From an uncultured Candidatus Cloacimonas sp. (GTDB lineage: Bacteria; Cloacimonadota; Cloacimonadia; Cloacimonadales; Cloacimonadaceae): a DNA stretch of 64,000 nucleotides. Every line of letters begins with the position of its first letter. The stretch's first letter is position 1. The translations under genes and the position numbers were made by a program. Positions 46,592 to 57,126 of the stretch are shown one piece after another. Location of the stretch: contig CAYSGM010000001.1 of NCBI GenBank assembly GCA_964430595.1, forward strand, positions 12,689 to 76,688. Reading direction: 5' to 3'. The notes beneath the pieces were generated by a model. That model saw only the letters and a list, made by a program, of their open reading frames with translations, made no database searches and had not been told where the DNA came from.

Positions 46592-48112
46592 ATGAAACAG
46601 AAGATTATACTTACGATATTGATGCTTGCTATAGCAATAACGATATTCGCCCAGGCTAATGGCAGCCTGAACCAGTTCGGAGAAAAGAAGATCCTAACTG
46701 TGTGGGGGGATCATTACCAACGCGGATACGCCCAGGGATATTACCTTGCTCCGCAAATACAGCAGGTGTTTCAGGATTTTTACTGGACGATGTTCTGCTT
46801 CTCCAATCTACCCTATTACAACTTGTTATGGGGATATTACATGGAGCACTTCAATCCCGATCCGCGCATGATATCGGAAGCATCAGGCTTGGTAGCAGGG
46901 ATGATAGCCTCCGGACAGAACATGTATCATGCAGGAATTGGACGCGACATCGCTTTTGAAGATATCCTGCTGCTGAATTCTGCTTACGATATGGTTAGTG
47001 TCCGTGGTGCAACGAGCGGCAAGAACGATCTGGAGCTCGGTTGCGCTTCGCTTTCCAGCTGGGGAAACGCCACGGCAGCAGATAGTTTGCTTGCCGGGGA
47101 CAGTGTGATTACCCGCTATCTGGATGTGAGCCAAAACACCGCATTTATCAATAATCCGCTCATCGTGGTGCACCATCCTTCGGAGACCGATGAACAGAAA
47201 TGGATAAACTTCACCATGCCGGGGTTTATTGGTTCTCTAACTGCTATTTCGGAATCCAGAGTGTTTGCCAGCCTTAACACGGGTGCGGAGAATGACACAT
47301 CGAATATAGACAACCTCAGCCCCATTCTGTTTGACCTCAGGAGGGGAATAGAGCGCATAGACTATGACCAAAGCGGTAGCAGCCACCCTATGGACATTTA
47401 CGCGAGTATTGCAGCACAAAACAACCTATCCGCCACAATTATCCACACGCTTGCGGAAACGGGGGATACCGTGTATAGCAGCGTGATAGAACGCATGAAC
47501 GGTGCCATCGCAAACCGACTATATAATCAATCCGGCAATTTGCCTACTCATCATTTGGCTGCCACAAATCATTTTAGAGTGCTCTCCAGCGGGACTTGCT
47601 GCACCCGCTATGCTATTATCCAGGATTCGCTTTACACCAACCCCAACATTACCGCGAAGCGCCAGTGGCAGGTGCTGTCCGGGGCAGCAGGCTTGGAAAC
47701 ATGCTTACTTGCCATGCAATTCACCCCCTCTACCGGAGAAATTATCTGGGCATCCGCCACCCTGACAGAACCAGCCTATCTGCGTCCGGGAATAACCCTC
47801 TCTACTGATTACCTATTCACCAATCCGGTTAGTAATGAAGATTTGCTGGCTACACCGGTGCTACCCAAGTTTAGCGTTTATCCCAATCCCATCCGGAAGG
47901 GAAGCGAAGTGAAACTGCACAGCAGCGAGGCTTTGGCGCAGGTGGAGGTGTATAATCTGAAAGGACAGAAGGTGATCAGCTTCATGCCGGAAGGTAAAGC
48001 CGGAATTGTGTCACTGCCCGGTGCATGGGACAAGCTGCCCCGCGGGATATATCTGATTAGGGGTAAAACTCAGGAAGGCAAGATTCGTAATGCGAAGATG
48101 GTGCTGCAGTAG
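46592..48112 (+). CDS. Secreted Ntn-hydrolase (peptidase C45-like) with CTD
   Basis: G.HYQRGYAQG, nucleophile GCAS, RYLD, PGFIG, ATNHF; YPNP...VYNLKGQ. Confidence 0.75.
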   Translation: MKQKIILTILMLAIAITIFAQANGSLNQFGEKKILTVWGDHYQRGYAQGYYLAPQIQQVFQDFYWTMFCFSNLPYYNLLWGYYMEHFNPDPRMISEASGLVAGMIASGQNMYHAGIGRDIAFEDILLLNSAYDMVSVRGATSGKNDLELGCASLSSWGNATAADSLLAGDSVITRYLDVSQNTAFINNPLIVVHHPSETDEQKWINFTMPGFIGSLTAISESRVFASLNTGAENDTSNIDNLSPILFDLRRGIERIDYDQSGSSHPMDIYASIAAQNNLSATIIHTLAETGDTVYSSVIERMNGAIANRLYNQSGNLPTHHLAATNHFRVLSSGTCCTRYAIIQDSLYTNPNITAKRQWQVLSGAAGLETCLLAMQFTPSTGEIIWASATLTEPAYLRPGITLSTDYLFTNPVSNEDLLATPVLPKFSVYPNPIRKGSEVKLHSSEALAQVEVYNLKGQKVISFMPEGKAGIVSLPGAWDKLPRGIYLIRGKTQEGKIRNAKMVLQ

Positions 48113-48201
48113 GGGCAGATCCCTGTGTCTGCCCAAAGCAATATCCCTAATCGGTAATGTGACAATATAAAACCAGGTCAAACACTGGGGTCTGACCCTA
48201 C
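48109..48201. repeat. GTAG-family REP doublet (REPIN)
   Basis: GTAGGGGCAGATCCCTGTGTCTGCCC on + and GTAGGGTCAGACCCCAGTGTTTGACC on -. Confidence 0.75.
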
Positions 48202-48965
48202 AGGTTTATCCATTTGGTAACGGTGTTGTAGAACAGGTAACGCAGTTCATCATAGGCTTCCAGATTAAGTTCGCCTGTCCACTCGTTCATGAATATCTTT
48301 TTGAATTCTATTGCCAGACACATGCAGGAACCGGGGAAGGTGGCATTTACCCATCTGGAGAAATAGCCTCCAGTGAACTTCACATCACAACGGCAGTCTA
48401 TGGTTGTCCCCTGAAAAGGTGCCCCGTTCAACATCTCTTGCAGCTTGTCCACTAAAGGATACTGATCTTTGCAGATATTGCTGCGCCCGATTATGATATC
48501 CGGATTGTCTATCTGAGGATCAGGGGCTGCATCTATCCCTCCACGGCGGTGATTGTAGCTGTGCAGGTCTAATACTAACAGCCTGTTGTGGGTTTTCAGC
48601 ATACGCTTTATCTGGTATTCTACTATCTTATACCACGTTTCATGTGCTTTTCTAAGTTTATCCAGCAATTCAGGCGGGATATCTGCTTTGCGAACCGGCA
48701 AGCCCCAGGCATCTTCAGGCTTCAGATAAACTGCTTTATCAGGAGAGCGGTTAAGATCAATTGCGAAACGGCTGTTATAGGGAATAATGTAATTGGGGAA
48801 AAGCCCGGCAAAACCACAGGTAAAGGGATCCTCTTCCATCAGGCGGGTGCTTGAAGATATGCCACAGCTTGGCAGCAGCTCTTCCGGCATCCGGTGACCG
48901 TTATGGATGGATAGAGCAAGGATGGGGGCTTGGCTGTCCCGGAAAATGTATGCGCCGTCTATCAT
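48198..48965 (-). CDS. N-formylglutamate amidohydrolase family protein
   Basis: IHNGH, EEDPFT, SRF.IDLNR, DLHSYN, FTGG, AIEFK. Confidence 0.82.
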   Translation of the reverse strand: MIDGAYIFRDSQAPILALSIHNGHRMPEELLPSCGISSSTRLMEEDPFTCGFAGLFPNYIIPYNSRFAIDLNRSPDKAVYLKPEDAWGLPVRKADIPPELLDKLRKAHETWYKIVEYQIKRMLKTHNRLLVLDLHSYNHRRGGIDAAPDPQIDNPDIIIGRSNICKDQYPLVDKLQEMLNGAPFQGTTIDCRCDVKFTGGYFSRWVNATFPGSCMCLAIEFKKIFMNEWTGELNLEAYDELRYLFYNTVTKWINL

Positions 48966-48966
48966 G

Positions 48967-49620
48967 CTATATCTTGTCCAATGCAGTGGTAAGGCTGTGT
49001 AGGATTTCCAGATAGTTCTTGATAATATAGTTATCCGCTTTTTCCAGTTGCACCCAGGAATTAAGCAAGCTAAGGTTCAGCCTGGTGATCTCAGCAACTT
49101 GCGCGGTAAGCTCAGGCAGGTTTTTGGGAATCACCCGGTCGCCAAGATAGCAAAAGCCTTTTAGCACTGGGACAATAGCATTGATAGATACCTGAAGTGT
49201 TTCCGCCAAGGCGCGGGGTTTCTGCTTTTGCTCCAGCACGGAGAGGCGGGTATAGAGCCACTTGCTTTTAAGTTCACGCTCCATCTGCAAACGCATGTCG
49301 GCAGCAGCAAACTTCAGTTCGGCAAGCATATCCTCTCTAGCGAGCAGATTGTGGTATCCGCTGCTGACGATATCCAGAAACTCCAGAGGATAGGAATCCA
49401 GAGAGCTAAGCACAAACTGGCGATTTATCAACAGAGGAAAAGGTAAGCGTTTTTTATGGCAGAAGTCGCGCAGGGGTTCCAGATTCTCCAGCAGATTGGG
49501 GGGGTCTTTTTCCAGGATAATCACACATCTTGGTGAAGGGCTGTTGTAGGTAGCCACTTGTAACAAATCGGCAGTCAGCCCTTGCAGGGCTTTCATCACG
49601 GAACTATAATCGTGTTTCAT
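48967..49620 (-). CDS. Hypothetical protein (degenerate nucleotidyltransferase-like)
   Basis: [12 protein letters not shown]...LRLQ-like MRLQMEREL; overlaps glyQ stop. Confidence 0.5.
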   Translation of the reverse strand: MKHDYSSVMKALQGLTADLLQVATYNSPSPRCVIILEKDPPNLLENLEPLRDFCHKKRLPFPLLINRQFVLSSLDSYPLEFLDIVSSGYHNLLAREDMLAELKFAAADMRLQMERELKSKWLYTRLSVLEQKQKPRALAETLQVSINAIVPVLKGFCYLGDRVIPKNLPELTAQVAEITRLNLSLLNSWVQLEKADNYIIKNYLEILHSLTTALDKI

Positions 49621-50477
49621 TTTACCTCCGGTACTTGGGCATGCTTTTCTAGATAAACAGTAGCACAAGCCCTTGCTAAATTGCGGATTCTGCCGATGTA
49701 GGCAGCACGTTCGGTTACGCTGATCACACCGCGGGCGTCTAGCAAATTAAAGCTGTGGGAACAGCGAAGCAGCATGTCATAAGCAGGATACACCAGCTTT
49801 TTGTCCAGAAGCTTGCTGCACTCGCCTTCGTAATCCTGAAATAGCTTAAAAAGCAGAGCTGTATCAGCATGCTCGAAGTTATAGGCGGAATACTCCTGCT
49901 CGCGGGTGAAGAACAATTCGCCATAAGAAGTGGTGTCATTCCACTTTAGCTGTCGGTAATCCTCCACATTCTGGATATACATCGCCAGACGCTCCAGACC
50001 GTAGGTTAACTCCACGCTTACGGGGAACACATCCACGCTGCCTACCTGCTGAAAGTATGTAAACTGGCTGATCTCCATGCCGTCCAGCCAAACTTCCCAG
50101 CCCAAGCCCCAAGCGCCAAGCGTGGGGGATTCCCAATCGTCCTCCACAAAGCGGATGTCATGCTTCTCTATCTCAATGCCAATGGCGATCAAGCTTTTCA
50201 GATAGAGGTTCTGGATATCATCTGGGCAAGGCTTGATGATCACCTGGAACTGGTAATAATGCTGTAAGCGGTTAGGATTTTCGCCATAGCGTCCGTCCTT
50301 GGGACGACGGCACGGTTGCGGATATGCAATAGCACAAGGCTTGCTGCCCAGTGCTCCGAAGAAAGTGGCGGGATGAAATGTCCCTGCTCCCATCTCGATA
50401 TCATAAGGCTGAACCAGGTTGCAGCCCTTTTCTGCCCAGTAGTTTTGCAGAGTGAGGATAATGCTTTGAAAGTTCAT
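49617..50477 (-). CDS. glyQ: Glycine-tRNA ligase alpha subunit
   Basis: [37 protein letters not shown]. Confidence 0.96.
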   Translation of the reverse strand: MNFQSIILTLQNYWAEKGCNLVQPYDIEMGAGTFHPATFFGALGSKPCAIAYPQPCRRPKDGRYGENPNRLQHYYQFQVIIKPCPDDIQNLYLKSLIAIGIEIEKHDIRFVEDDWESPTLGAWGLGWEVWLDGMEISQFTYFQQVGSVDVFPVSVELTYGLERLAMYIQNVEDYRQLKWNDTTSYGELFFTREQEYSAYNFEHADTALLFKLFQDYEGECSKLLDKKLVYPAYDMLLRCSHSFNLLDARGVISVTERAAYIGRIRNLARACATVYLEKHAQVPEVK

Positions 50478-50869
50478 TTATTATTCCTAAGATATTGTTT
50501 GCATAGTGATTGCATCTTGTTAAGCTCGTTGCGTACTTCGCTTAGCACGGTGTAAACTTCTTCGCCTGGAGTTGGCTCATCCAGCTTCAAGGAAAGCTGT
50601 TCCGGTTCTGCATCTTCGGCTATGGCGCGGATGATGTTGCGCTCCTGTTTCAGTTTCTGTCGCGCTCCCTCGATGGTAAAGCGCTGGTTGTGCAGCATAT
50701 CGTCGATCTTGCGCAATAGCAGGATATGATCATCGCTATATTTGCGAATGCGACCTGCTGCCTTCTTGGGGCGCAGCACCGGGAATTCACCTTCCCAATA
50801 GCGGATTACATGAGGCTTCACGCCCAACAGGTTGCTAACTTCACCGATCGTGTAGTAATACTTCTTCAT
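50474..50869 (-). CDS. MerR family transcriptional regulator
   Basis: YYTIGEVS...HVIRYWE.EF...R.Y. Confidence 0.85.
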   Translation of the reverse strand: MKKYYYTIGEVSNLLGVKPHVIRYWEGEFPVLRPKKAAGRIRKYSDDHILLLRKIDDMLHNQRFTIEGARQKLKQERNIIRAIAEDAEPEQLSLKLDEPTPGEEVYTVLSEVRNELNKMQSLCKQYLRNNK

Positions 50870-52362
50870 GGTTCCTTACGCCTCTTTTTGCCTAATATAC
50901 TAATTATGGATAATAGAAAAGCCAAGATAACAATAGCAACCTGGTAAGCAGCTATCTTACGGTAGAGGGGAATGCGGGGGCTAATATACAGCGGTGCAGT
51001 GATGTTGGTGACGGCAAACAAGCCCGCCTTGCTCTGCACGCGCCCTAAGGGATCGACGATCATAGAGATGCCGGTATTAGCGCTGCGGTATATCTGGATG
51101 CGGTTCTCCACGGCACGGAACTTGGTCATCACCGCGTGTAGCCAGGGACCGTAGGAGGTGCCGAACCATGCATCGTTGGTTAAGTTAATCAGGTAATCGC
51201 TTTTATTATAGCTACCTGTTTGTTTATCCTTGGGTATCGCCATGCGCTGGTTGATGCCGGAAAAGGCTATCTCGTAGCATATCGAAGGAGAAAAGGTGTT
51301 CCCTTCGCTTTGCATCCAAGCCAGTTCCTTGCCAAACTCCCAGTTAGCCTGTCCAAATTGCAGCTTCCACAGTATGGGGAAGTAATCCAGCCACAGCATC
51401 CGCTCCCCTATAGGTACCAGGATATTCTTGTAGTATGGTGGAGAAACATAACCATCAGGCTTAAACAGGGCTGCTGCATTGTAATAATACACGTTATCCA
51501 CATGGCTTTCGGGGGCAGGAATGAAGTGCGGAAAACCGGTGAAAATCTCCAGATTGTATTTGCGGGTAAATCCCTGCACATTTTGCATGGAGGCTTGGCT
51601 GTGCATCAGGTAATCCGGCACCGCAGCTTCCGGGAAGATCAGCAACCGGGTGGAATCCTTGGCTGCTTGTGCGCAAAGCTCATCATAGCGCTTCATGATA
51701 AAGTCATAAAAAGCCTGATCCCACTTCTTGTCCTGTGGTATGGAAGGCTGCATGACTGCAATATCTGCTTTCCGGGTGCTAAGAGGCATTCTGGCAAGGC
51801 AGTAATACCCATAAACAAGCCACATCAGCACCAGAATAAAGGCAGGAACCAGCAGCTTCCTCTGCCCATTAATAACCCTGTAAAGCAGCACATTAAGCAC
51901 CAGGATAAGCCCCGATATCAGGATAACCCCACCTAAATCTGCAATCTGGATAAGGGCAGTATAATCCGCTAAAGAATAGGCATTATTAAACCAAGGAAAG
52001 CGCATCTCGCCATAGTTTTGCAGGTATTCAAAGCTAAGCAGCACAGCCACAAAGCCCATATAACGGTATTTAGGCAGCACCTCACCAATCCGCTTAATAA
52101 GGTAAAACACCAGCAGATAGAACAGGAAATACAGCACTATCACGCCTACCAATCCGCCGGGCGTAACCTCCGCAATCCAATAGAAGATGCTTCCTACATA
52201 GATAATGGCAAATACAGCCGCTGCTTTCCAGGGTTTGCAGCTGCTTACATCCATAAAGTGCAGCAGCGGTATCCAGCCCACAAACACCAGCCATCCCAAA
52301 TGCAAGGGCAAGCGGGAAAGGCTTATCAATATAGCGCTAAGGGCTATCCACACCAGCGACAT
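50866..52362 (-). CDS. lnt: Apolipoprotein N-acyltransferase
   Basis: FPEAA, YYK..LVPIGE, ICYE, TNDAWFG, RAVENR, RSANTGIS. Confidence 0.93.
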   Translation of the reverse strand: MSLVWIALSAILISLSRLPLHLGWLVFVGWIPLLHFMDVSSCKPWKAAAVFAIIYVGSIFYWIAEVTPGGLVGVIVLYFLFYLLVFYLIKRIGEVLPKYRYMGFVAVLLSFEYLQNYGEMRFPWFNNAYSLADYTALIQIADLGGVILISGLILVLNVLLYRVINGQRKLLVPAFILVLMWLVYGYYCLARMPLSTRKADIAVMQPSIPQDKKWDQAFYDFIMKRYDELCAQAAKDSTRLLIFPEAAVPDYLMHSQASMQNVQGFTRKYNLEIFTGFPHFIPAPESHVDNVYYYNAAALFKPDGYVSPPYYKNILVPIGERMLWLDYFPILWKLQFGQANWEFGKELAWMQSEGNTFSPSICYEIAFSGINQRMAIPKDKQTGSYNKSDYLINLTNDAWFGTSYGPWLHAVMTKFRAVENRIQIYRSANTGISMIVDPLGRVQSKAGLFAVTNITAPLYISPRIPLYRKIAAYQVAIVILAFLLSIISILGKKRRKEP

Positions 52363-52364
52363 TG

Positions 52365-53222
52365 CTATCTAACCTGCTGATACCCTATTTTTAGCATGCG
52401 AATCTCGTCATCAAACACTAGGATCAGCGTATCCCTGCTTATATTCATCAGTCCGCTTCCCGCTCCAATGGCAAGCGAAGCAGGACTCATCTGGCTTATC
52501 AGCATACCATTAGACAGGTTTACACCATTGTTGTAATCGTCAAAAAGGCTCTGTCCCGTTTCGCTTTTTATGAACTGCCCCAAAGCCGAAAACACGTGGC
52601 TCTTGTTTTCCACTTCATCATAGGCAATCACATAGTCACGATTGCAGCTAAGCTGCTTCACCTGCCCCAGTTCAAACTTCCCGAAGCGGAACTGCTCTGC
52701 CCCATCCAGGGCGGAATACAGGATTATCTCGGCAGTTGCGGAATCAAAGATAAAGAAGCTTTGGTTAGAGTTCACCACCACCAGAGTAGGCTGCACGCTG
52801 CCCTTAAGCTCCAGAGAGCCTGTTGCTTTGCCGTTATCCGTAAACATCTTTATGCTGCGGGATACAGAATCCAAGGCAAGCAGATTCCCATCTGCACTAA
52901 CGGCTATGTCGCTCAATCCTTGAAAGTTAGTGGCACCGGTTCCTAAACCCCCAATCACATTTTGACGCTGCGTATCCTTAAAGATACCAACCTCCTGCGT
53001 TCTGGGGCTCATGGCATAAACCGTCTGGCTCTGAGGGTGATAAACAGCCTTCTGCACCGGCATTCCTGCAGAGATAGAGGATACTAAACTAAAGGAATCA
53101 ATATCCATGGGAGCGGTGCGCTGATTGCCACCACAGGCAAACATGCCCAACAGCAGCAGCAGAACCATGCCTGCCAATGCCGGGTGATAACCTCTGATAA
53201 TCGACTTAAATATGCGAAACAT
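52365..53222 (-). CDS. Putative lipoprotein, NHL/beta-propeller-like
   Basis: Lipobox GMFAC; GGLGTG...LSDIAVSADG. Confidence 0.6.
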   Translation of the reverse strand: MFRIFKSIIRGYHPALAGMVLLLLLGMFACGGNQRTAPMDIDSFSLVSSISAGMPVQKAVYHPQSQTVYAMSPRTQEVGIFKDTQRQNVIGGLGTGATNFQGLSDIAVSADGNLLALDSVSRSIKMFTDNGKATGSLELKGSVQPTLVVVNSNQSFFIFDSATAEIILYSALDGAEQFRFGKFELGQVKQLSCNRDYVIAYDEVENKSHVFSALGQFIKSETGQSLFDDYNNGVNLSNGMLISQMSPASLAIGAGSGLMNISRDTLILVFDDEIRMLKIGYQQVR

Positions 53223-53223
53223 G

Positions 53224-54954
53224 CTAACCTCCCGTGATTTGCAAGTCGCGAAGCTTTCCCTGAATGGAGGTTTTGTTCCCAAAGCGGTTGTATTCCAGAG
53301 TGTAAGCTATATCCAGCACGCTGTTTTTCTTTAGCGTGGGGAGGTAATCTCCCAGGTTATAACCTATCAAATCCAGGGACATACCGTCCTTAACAACCTT
53401 CATTTTCAGGTGATTGCGACCAACGTTGTAAGGGTAATTTGCTACAGAAACCTTCCGGGTTACAAAGATAGGGCGGTTATTGCCCGGTCCAAAAGGTGCA
53501 AAGCGTTCCATAGCATCCAATAAACCGTTGTTTATATCATAAAGTTCTATCTCGTAGTCTATCTGCAAAGGCGGCTGAATCTGCTCCAGACGCAGGTTTT
53601 CGGATACATAGCGGGTCAGTTCGTTCTCAAAGCGGTCTATGTATTCTTGATAAATTGTAAGTCCCACCGCGTATTTATGCCCGCCAAAGCTGTGCAGGTT
53701 GTGCTCGGTATGCTTTAAGGCTTCAAACAGATCAAAATCTGCCACACTGCGTCCCGAACCGCTGCCAAAGCCATCTTTGAAGGAAATCATGATCACCGGA
53801 CGGTAGTATTTCTCCACCAGCTTAGATGCCACAATCCCGATCACCCCCTGATGCCAATCATCAGAGGAGATAACCATACAGGAAGTGTGCTGTAAGTCCT
53901 TGTATTTCTTATCTATAATATCGCATGCTTCGTGAAAGGTCTTCTGGTCTTCCTGCTGACGCAGCGAGTTCTGCCGCTCTATTATCTCCGCAAATTCGGC
54001 ACTGCGCTCTTCATCTGTAGAGATAAGCAGTTCCACGGATAGGGCTGCACTGCCCATTCTACCTGCTGCATTTATCCGCGGGGCAATCCCGAACACTATA
54101 TCCGTAGTATCTAGGTTTTTCTGGTTCATTCCGGAGATTTGGATAAGGGCATTTAATCCAAGGTTCTTCTTCTCAATCAGGTGCTGCAAGCCGATAAAGG
54201 CAAAAGTGCGGTTCTCTGATGTTAAAGGCACGATATCGGCAATCGTCCCCACCGCTACTAAATCCATATATTTCAAGGTGTTTTCCCGTGTAGCCATGCC
54301 CATCTTCTGGTAAACTGCCATCAGCAGTTTAAAAGCCACACCCACCCCGGCAAGATGCTGATAGGGATAGGGACAGCCAGGCAATTTGGGATTAATAATC
54401 GCATACGCAGGGGGCAATTCATCCTTGGGGTTATGGTGATCTGTGATTATTATCTCCATCCCCATGGCACTTATGGCATTTATCTCTTCCAGCGCGTTTA
54501 CCCCGCAATCCACGCTGATAATAAGCGAAGAACCGCTTTCCCGCAATGCATCCAAACTCCCCAGAGATAACCCGTAGCCATCAATCATCCGGTGGGGGAT
54601 GTAAAAGTCTATCAGTGCGCCAATGCGCTTCAAGCCCAGATACAAGAGTGCCGTGGCAGTGGTGCCATCCACATCGTAATCGCCATAGATGGTAATGCGT
54701 TCGCCTTTTGCAATGGCTGCTAAGATGCGGAGCACCGCCTTTTCCATATCCGGGAACAGAAAGGGATCGAACATCCCCTCCAACTCCGGATTGAAGAAAT
54801 CCTGCACTTCCTTTGCCGTCCGCAAACCTTTGTGATACAATAAGTCCGCTACCAGCTTAGGAAGTTTTAACTTCGCGCAGAGTTCTTCTGTAATCTTTTG
54901 CGACGCTTCATCCGGTGGGGCTGGGATAAGCCACCTTTTGTCCATGCTTTCCAT
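53224..54954 (-). CDS. recJ: Single-stranded DNA exonuclease RecJ
   Basis: YGDYDVDG, SVDCG, TDHH, PRINAAGR, GSGRS, FGGH. Confidence 0.95.
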   Translation of the reverse strand: MESMDKRWLIPAPPDEASQKITEELCAKLKLPKLVADLLYHKGLRTAKEVQDFFNPELEGMFDPFLFPDMEKAVLRILAAIAKGERITIYGDYDVDGTTATALLYLGLKRIGALIDFYIPHRMIDGYGLSLGSLDALRESGSSLIISVDCGVNALEEINAISAMGMEIIITDHHNPKDELPPAYAIINPKLPGCPYPYQHLAGVGVAFKLLMAVYQKMGMATRENTLKYMDLVAVGTIADIVPLTSENRTFAFIGLQHLIEKKNLGLNALIQISGMNQKNLDTTDIVFGIAPRINAAGRMGSAALSVELLISTDEERSAEFAEIIERQNSLRQQEDQKTFHEACDIIDKKYKDLQHTSCMVISSDDWHQGVIGIVASKLVEKYYRPVIMISFKDGFGSGSGRSVADFDLFEALKHTEHNLHSFGGHKYAVGLTIYQEYIDRFENELTRYVSENLRLEQIQPPLQIDYEIELYDINNGLLDAMERFAPFGPGNNRPIFVTRKVSVANYPYNVGRNHLKMKVVKDGMSLDLIGYNLGDYLPTLKKNSVLDIAYTLEYNRFGNKTSIQGKLRDLQITGG

Positions 54955-54996
54955 ACCTTTATTTATCTAATTTACAAATCTCGTGCACTAGGGTGC

Positions 54997-55220
54997 GTGA
55001 GTGTGCTACGCACAGTGAGATTACAAAGTGAGAATGCTACGCACAGTGAGATTACAAAGTGAGATTACAAAGTGAGAATGCCATGCATATGTGAGTAACG
55101 CCATCTGTAACTCTCACTTACTTGTTCTCACCTGCGAAGCTCTCACATGCAAAGATCTCACTTGCAAAGATATCACTTGCAAAGCTCTCACCATCAAAGT
55201 TCTCACCTCTTAGTTCTCAC
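54997..55220. repeat. Opposed arrays of GTGAG(A) and (T)CTCAC units
   Basis: 7 GTGAG copies (54997-55095) followed by 8 T(C/A)TCAC copies at 14-15 nt spacing (55112-55220). Confidence 0.85.
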
Positions 55221-55465
55221 TTCACCCGAGCCAGGCAAATAGGCATTTCACCCATTCCACCTGAAGAATACTAAAGTTATCAAAGGGGAAAAGATGTAAA
55301 GCACTTTTTTGCGCTTTTGTACATAAACGTAAAGAAATTGTGGCAAAGCACTTAAATTGGAAGTCAGATCTCCAAGTTGGACGAGTATGTCTCAGATTGC
55401 TGGAGTGTATTTTCTCTCTTTATTCTCTTGTGCTCATTTACTCTTTGTTATTGTCTTTCCGTCAC

Positions 55466-56305
55466 TTAGAATAGGTCTAAAATGAACTGGGGCAGCGCAA
55501 AGGCAGCATGGTGCAGGCGAGCATTATAGTATTTACCCTCCAGTTTACGCGAGGCAAAACGCTGCTCTGCATCCACGCTTAGAGGATCATATTGTTTAGA
55601 GGCAAGCTGGAACATCCACAATCCCGCCTGATATGTTTGGATGGCTGCGGTGTATGGTGCCACGATAGGAAAGAGCTGATGCAGATCACGGTTCACTTGT
55701 TTTATCACCGGCTGTAATGCAGCTATCCACGGGCTTTCACATTGCAGGCACAGGATGCCGTCGGCTTTTAATGCCTTGTGGCAATCTGCCAGAAATTCCT
55801 GCCGGAACAGCCCTTCCGCCGGACCCACCGGATCTGTGGAATCCACCAGGATAACATCGAAAGTGCTTTCCTGCTGCTTTAAAAAGGCAATGCCATCGGC
55901 AAAAACCAGCTCTGCGCGCGGGTCTTGGGTGGCAGCAGTCAGCTTGGGGAAATACAGCTCCGATACTCTGGTTACCATTTCGTCAATTTCCACCTGAACC
56001 ACCTGCTGCACACTGGAATGCTGCAACACGCGGGTAAGCGTACCGCAATCCCCGCCCCCGATGATAAGCACCTTTTGGGGATTGGGATGGGTGATCAGGG
56101 CAGGATGGCACAGCATTTCGTGGTAAACGAATTCGTCAGCTTCGGTAAGCATAAGCACACCGTCAAGCAGCATAACTTTGCCAAACTCCGGGGTTTGGAC
56201 TATCTGTATCTCCTGATATAGGCTGCGCTCTGTGTATAGCACCTCGCTAACCTCGAAGGTTAAACCGCGGTGTGGACTGTGGTAATCTATGTGCCAACCG
56301 GTCAT
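55466..56305 (-). CDS. speE: Spermidine synthase (polyamine aminopropyltransferase)
   Basis: LDG..MLTE.DEFVYHE, VLIIGGGDCG, VEID, DSTDPVGP. Confidence 0.93.
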   Translation of the reverse strand: MTGWHIDYHSPHRGLTFEVSEVLYTERSLYQEIQIVQTPEFGKVMLLDGVLMLTEADEFVYHEMLCHPALITHPNPQKVLIIGGGDCGTLTRVLQHSSVQQVVQVEIDEMVTRVSELYFPKLTAATQDPRAELVFADGIAFLKQQESTFDVILVDSTDPVGPAEGLFRQEFLADCHKALKADGILCLQCESPWIAALQPVIKQVNRDLHQLFPIVAPYTAAIQTYQAGLWMFQLASKQYDPLSVDAEQRFASRKLEGKYYNARLHHAAFALPQFILDLF

Positions 56306-56306
56306 A

Positions 56307-56696
56307 TCAAGCTCCGCTCGGTTTGTGGAGGAGCTTTTCCTCGCCCAGATCAAAGAGTCCGCGTTTGATCTCCATATTGCTGGCATGCTGGCTTTTTAGC
56401 GCATCTTTAAGGTAATGGAACAGCTTCCAGGGTTCAATAGTCTCACCGCACGTGAAGATGTCCACAGCGGCATAGCCGTATTCAGGCCAGGTGTGGATGG
56501 CTACATGGGATTCGGCGATTACCACCACGCCGCTAACCCCATAGGGGCTGAAACTGTGAAAAGTGCTTGCCACCACGGTTGCCATGCCGATCCGGCAGCT
56601 TTCCACCATGGCTTCGGCAATATATTTTTCGTCTTTTAGCAATTCATGATCACAATCATAGAATTCCACTAGTATTTGTCGTCCAAGTGCTTGCAT
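56307..56696 (-). CDS. speD: S-adenosylmethionine decarboxylase proenzyme
   Basis: IAESHVAIHTWPE.GYAAVDIFTCG. Confidence 0.95.
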   Translation of the reverse strand: MQALGRQILVEFYDCDHELLKDEKYIAEAMVESCRIGMATVVASTFHSFSPYGVSGVVVIAESHVAIHTWPEYGYAAVDIFTCGETIEPWKLFHYLKDALKSQHASNMEIKRGLFDLGEEKLLHKPSGA

Positions 56697-57126
56697 GTAT
56701 TTATCCTCTTATTCTTACTTTTTGTATGTTGCGCCCAAGGGGGCATAAATGCAGAACAAGGTTGCTAAGCTTTGTTGAGATAGATGTTTACGGCTAAAGC
56801 CAAAAACGCATGCTTCGGGAGTCACAAAGCAGCTGAGAAACGAAAGCTGAAGAACCTTGCTAAATAAGAGGTGTCAATGTTGCGCTGAATGCGAATAGCT
56901 TAGCTAAAACCTCCTCATCATCAACGCATAGGGGTGCTCGCATGGTTTTTACGCCATACAAAGCGGATTGTACTGAATGGATACGGAAGAACTTCAGGTA
57001 TTTCACGGCGACTCCGTCCGTTATTATTTTGTCTGGTGCCATGAATCTCATTTGGCGTCTGAGTGTCAACACATTTCTTGATTGGCAGTTATGGGAACCT
57101 TCCAATTACGTTTGGCTCACTTTCAC

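Noticed and set aside
49617..50477. glyQ without adjacent glyS as an anomaly
   Set aside because: Split glyQ/glyS loci are common; glyS is probably elsewhere in the genome.
54997..55220. CRISPR array
   Set aside because: Units are 13-19 nt with only a 5-6 nt core, the orientation flips midway, there are no unique 30-40 nt spacers and no cas genes.
56697..56880. Canonical SAM-I riboswitch
   Set aside because: P1-like CTCTTAT/ATAAGAG and GCAACC are present, but the kink-turn/pseudoknot core is not; kept only as an unclassified candidate leader.
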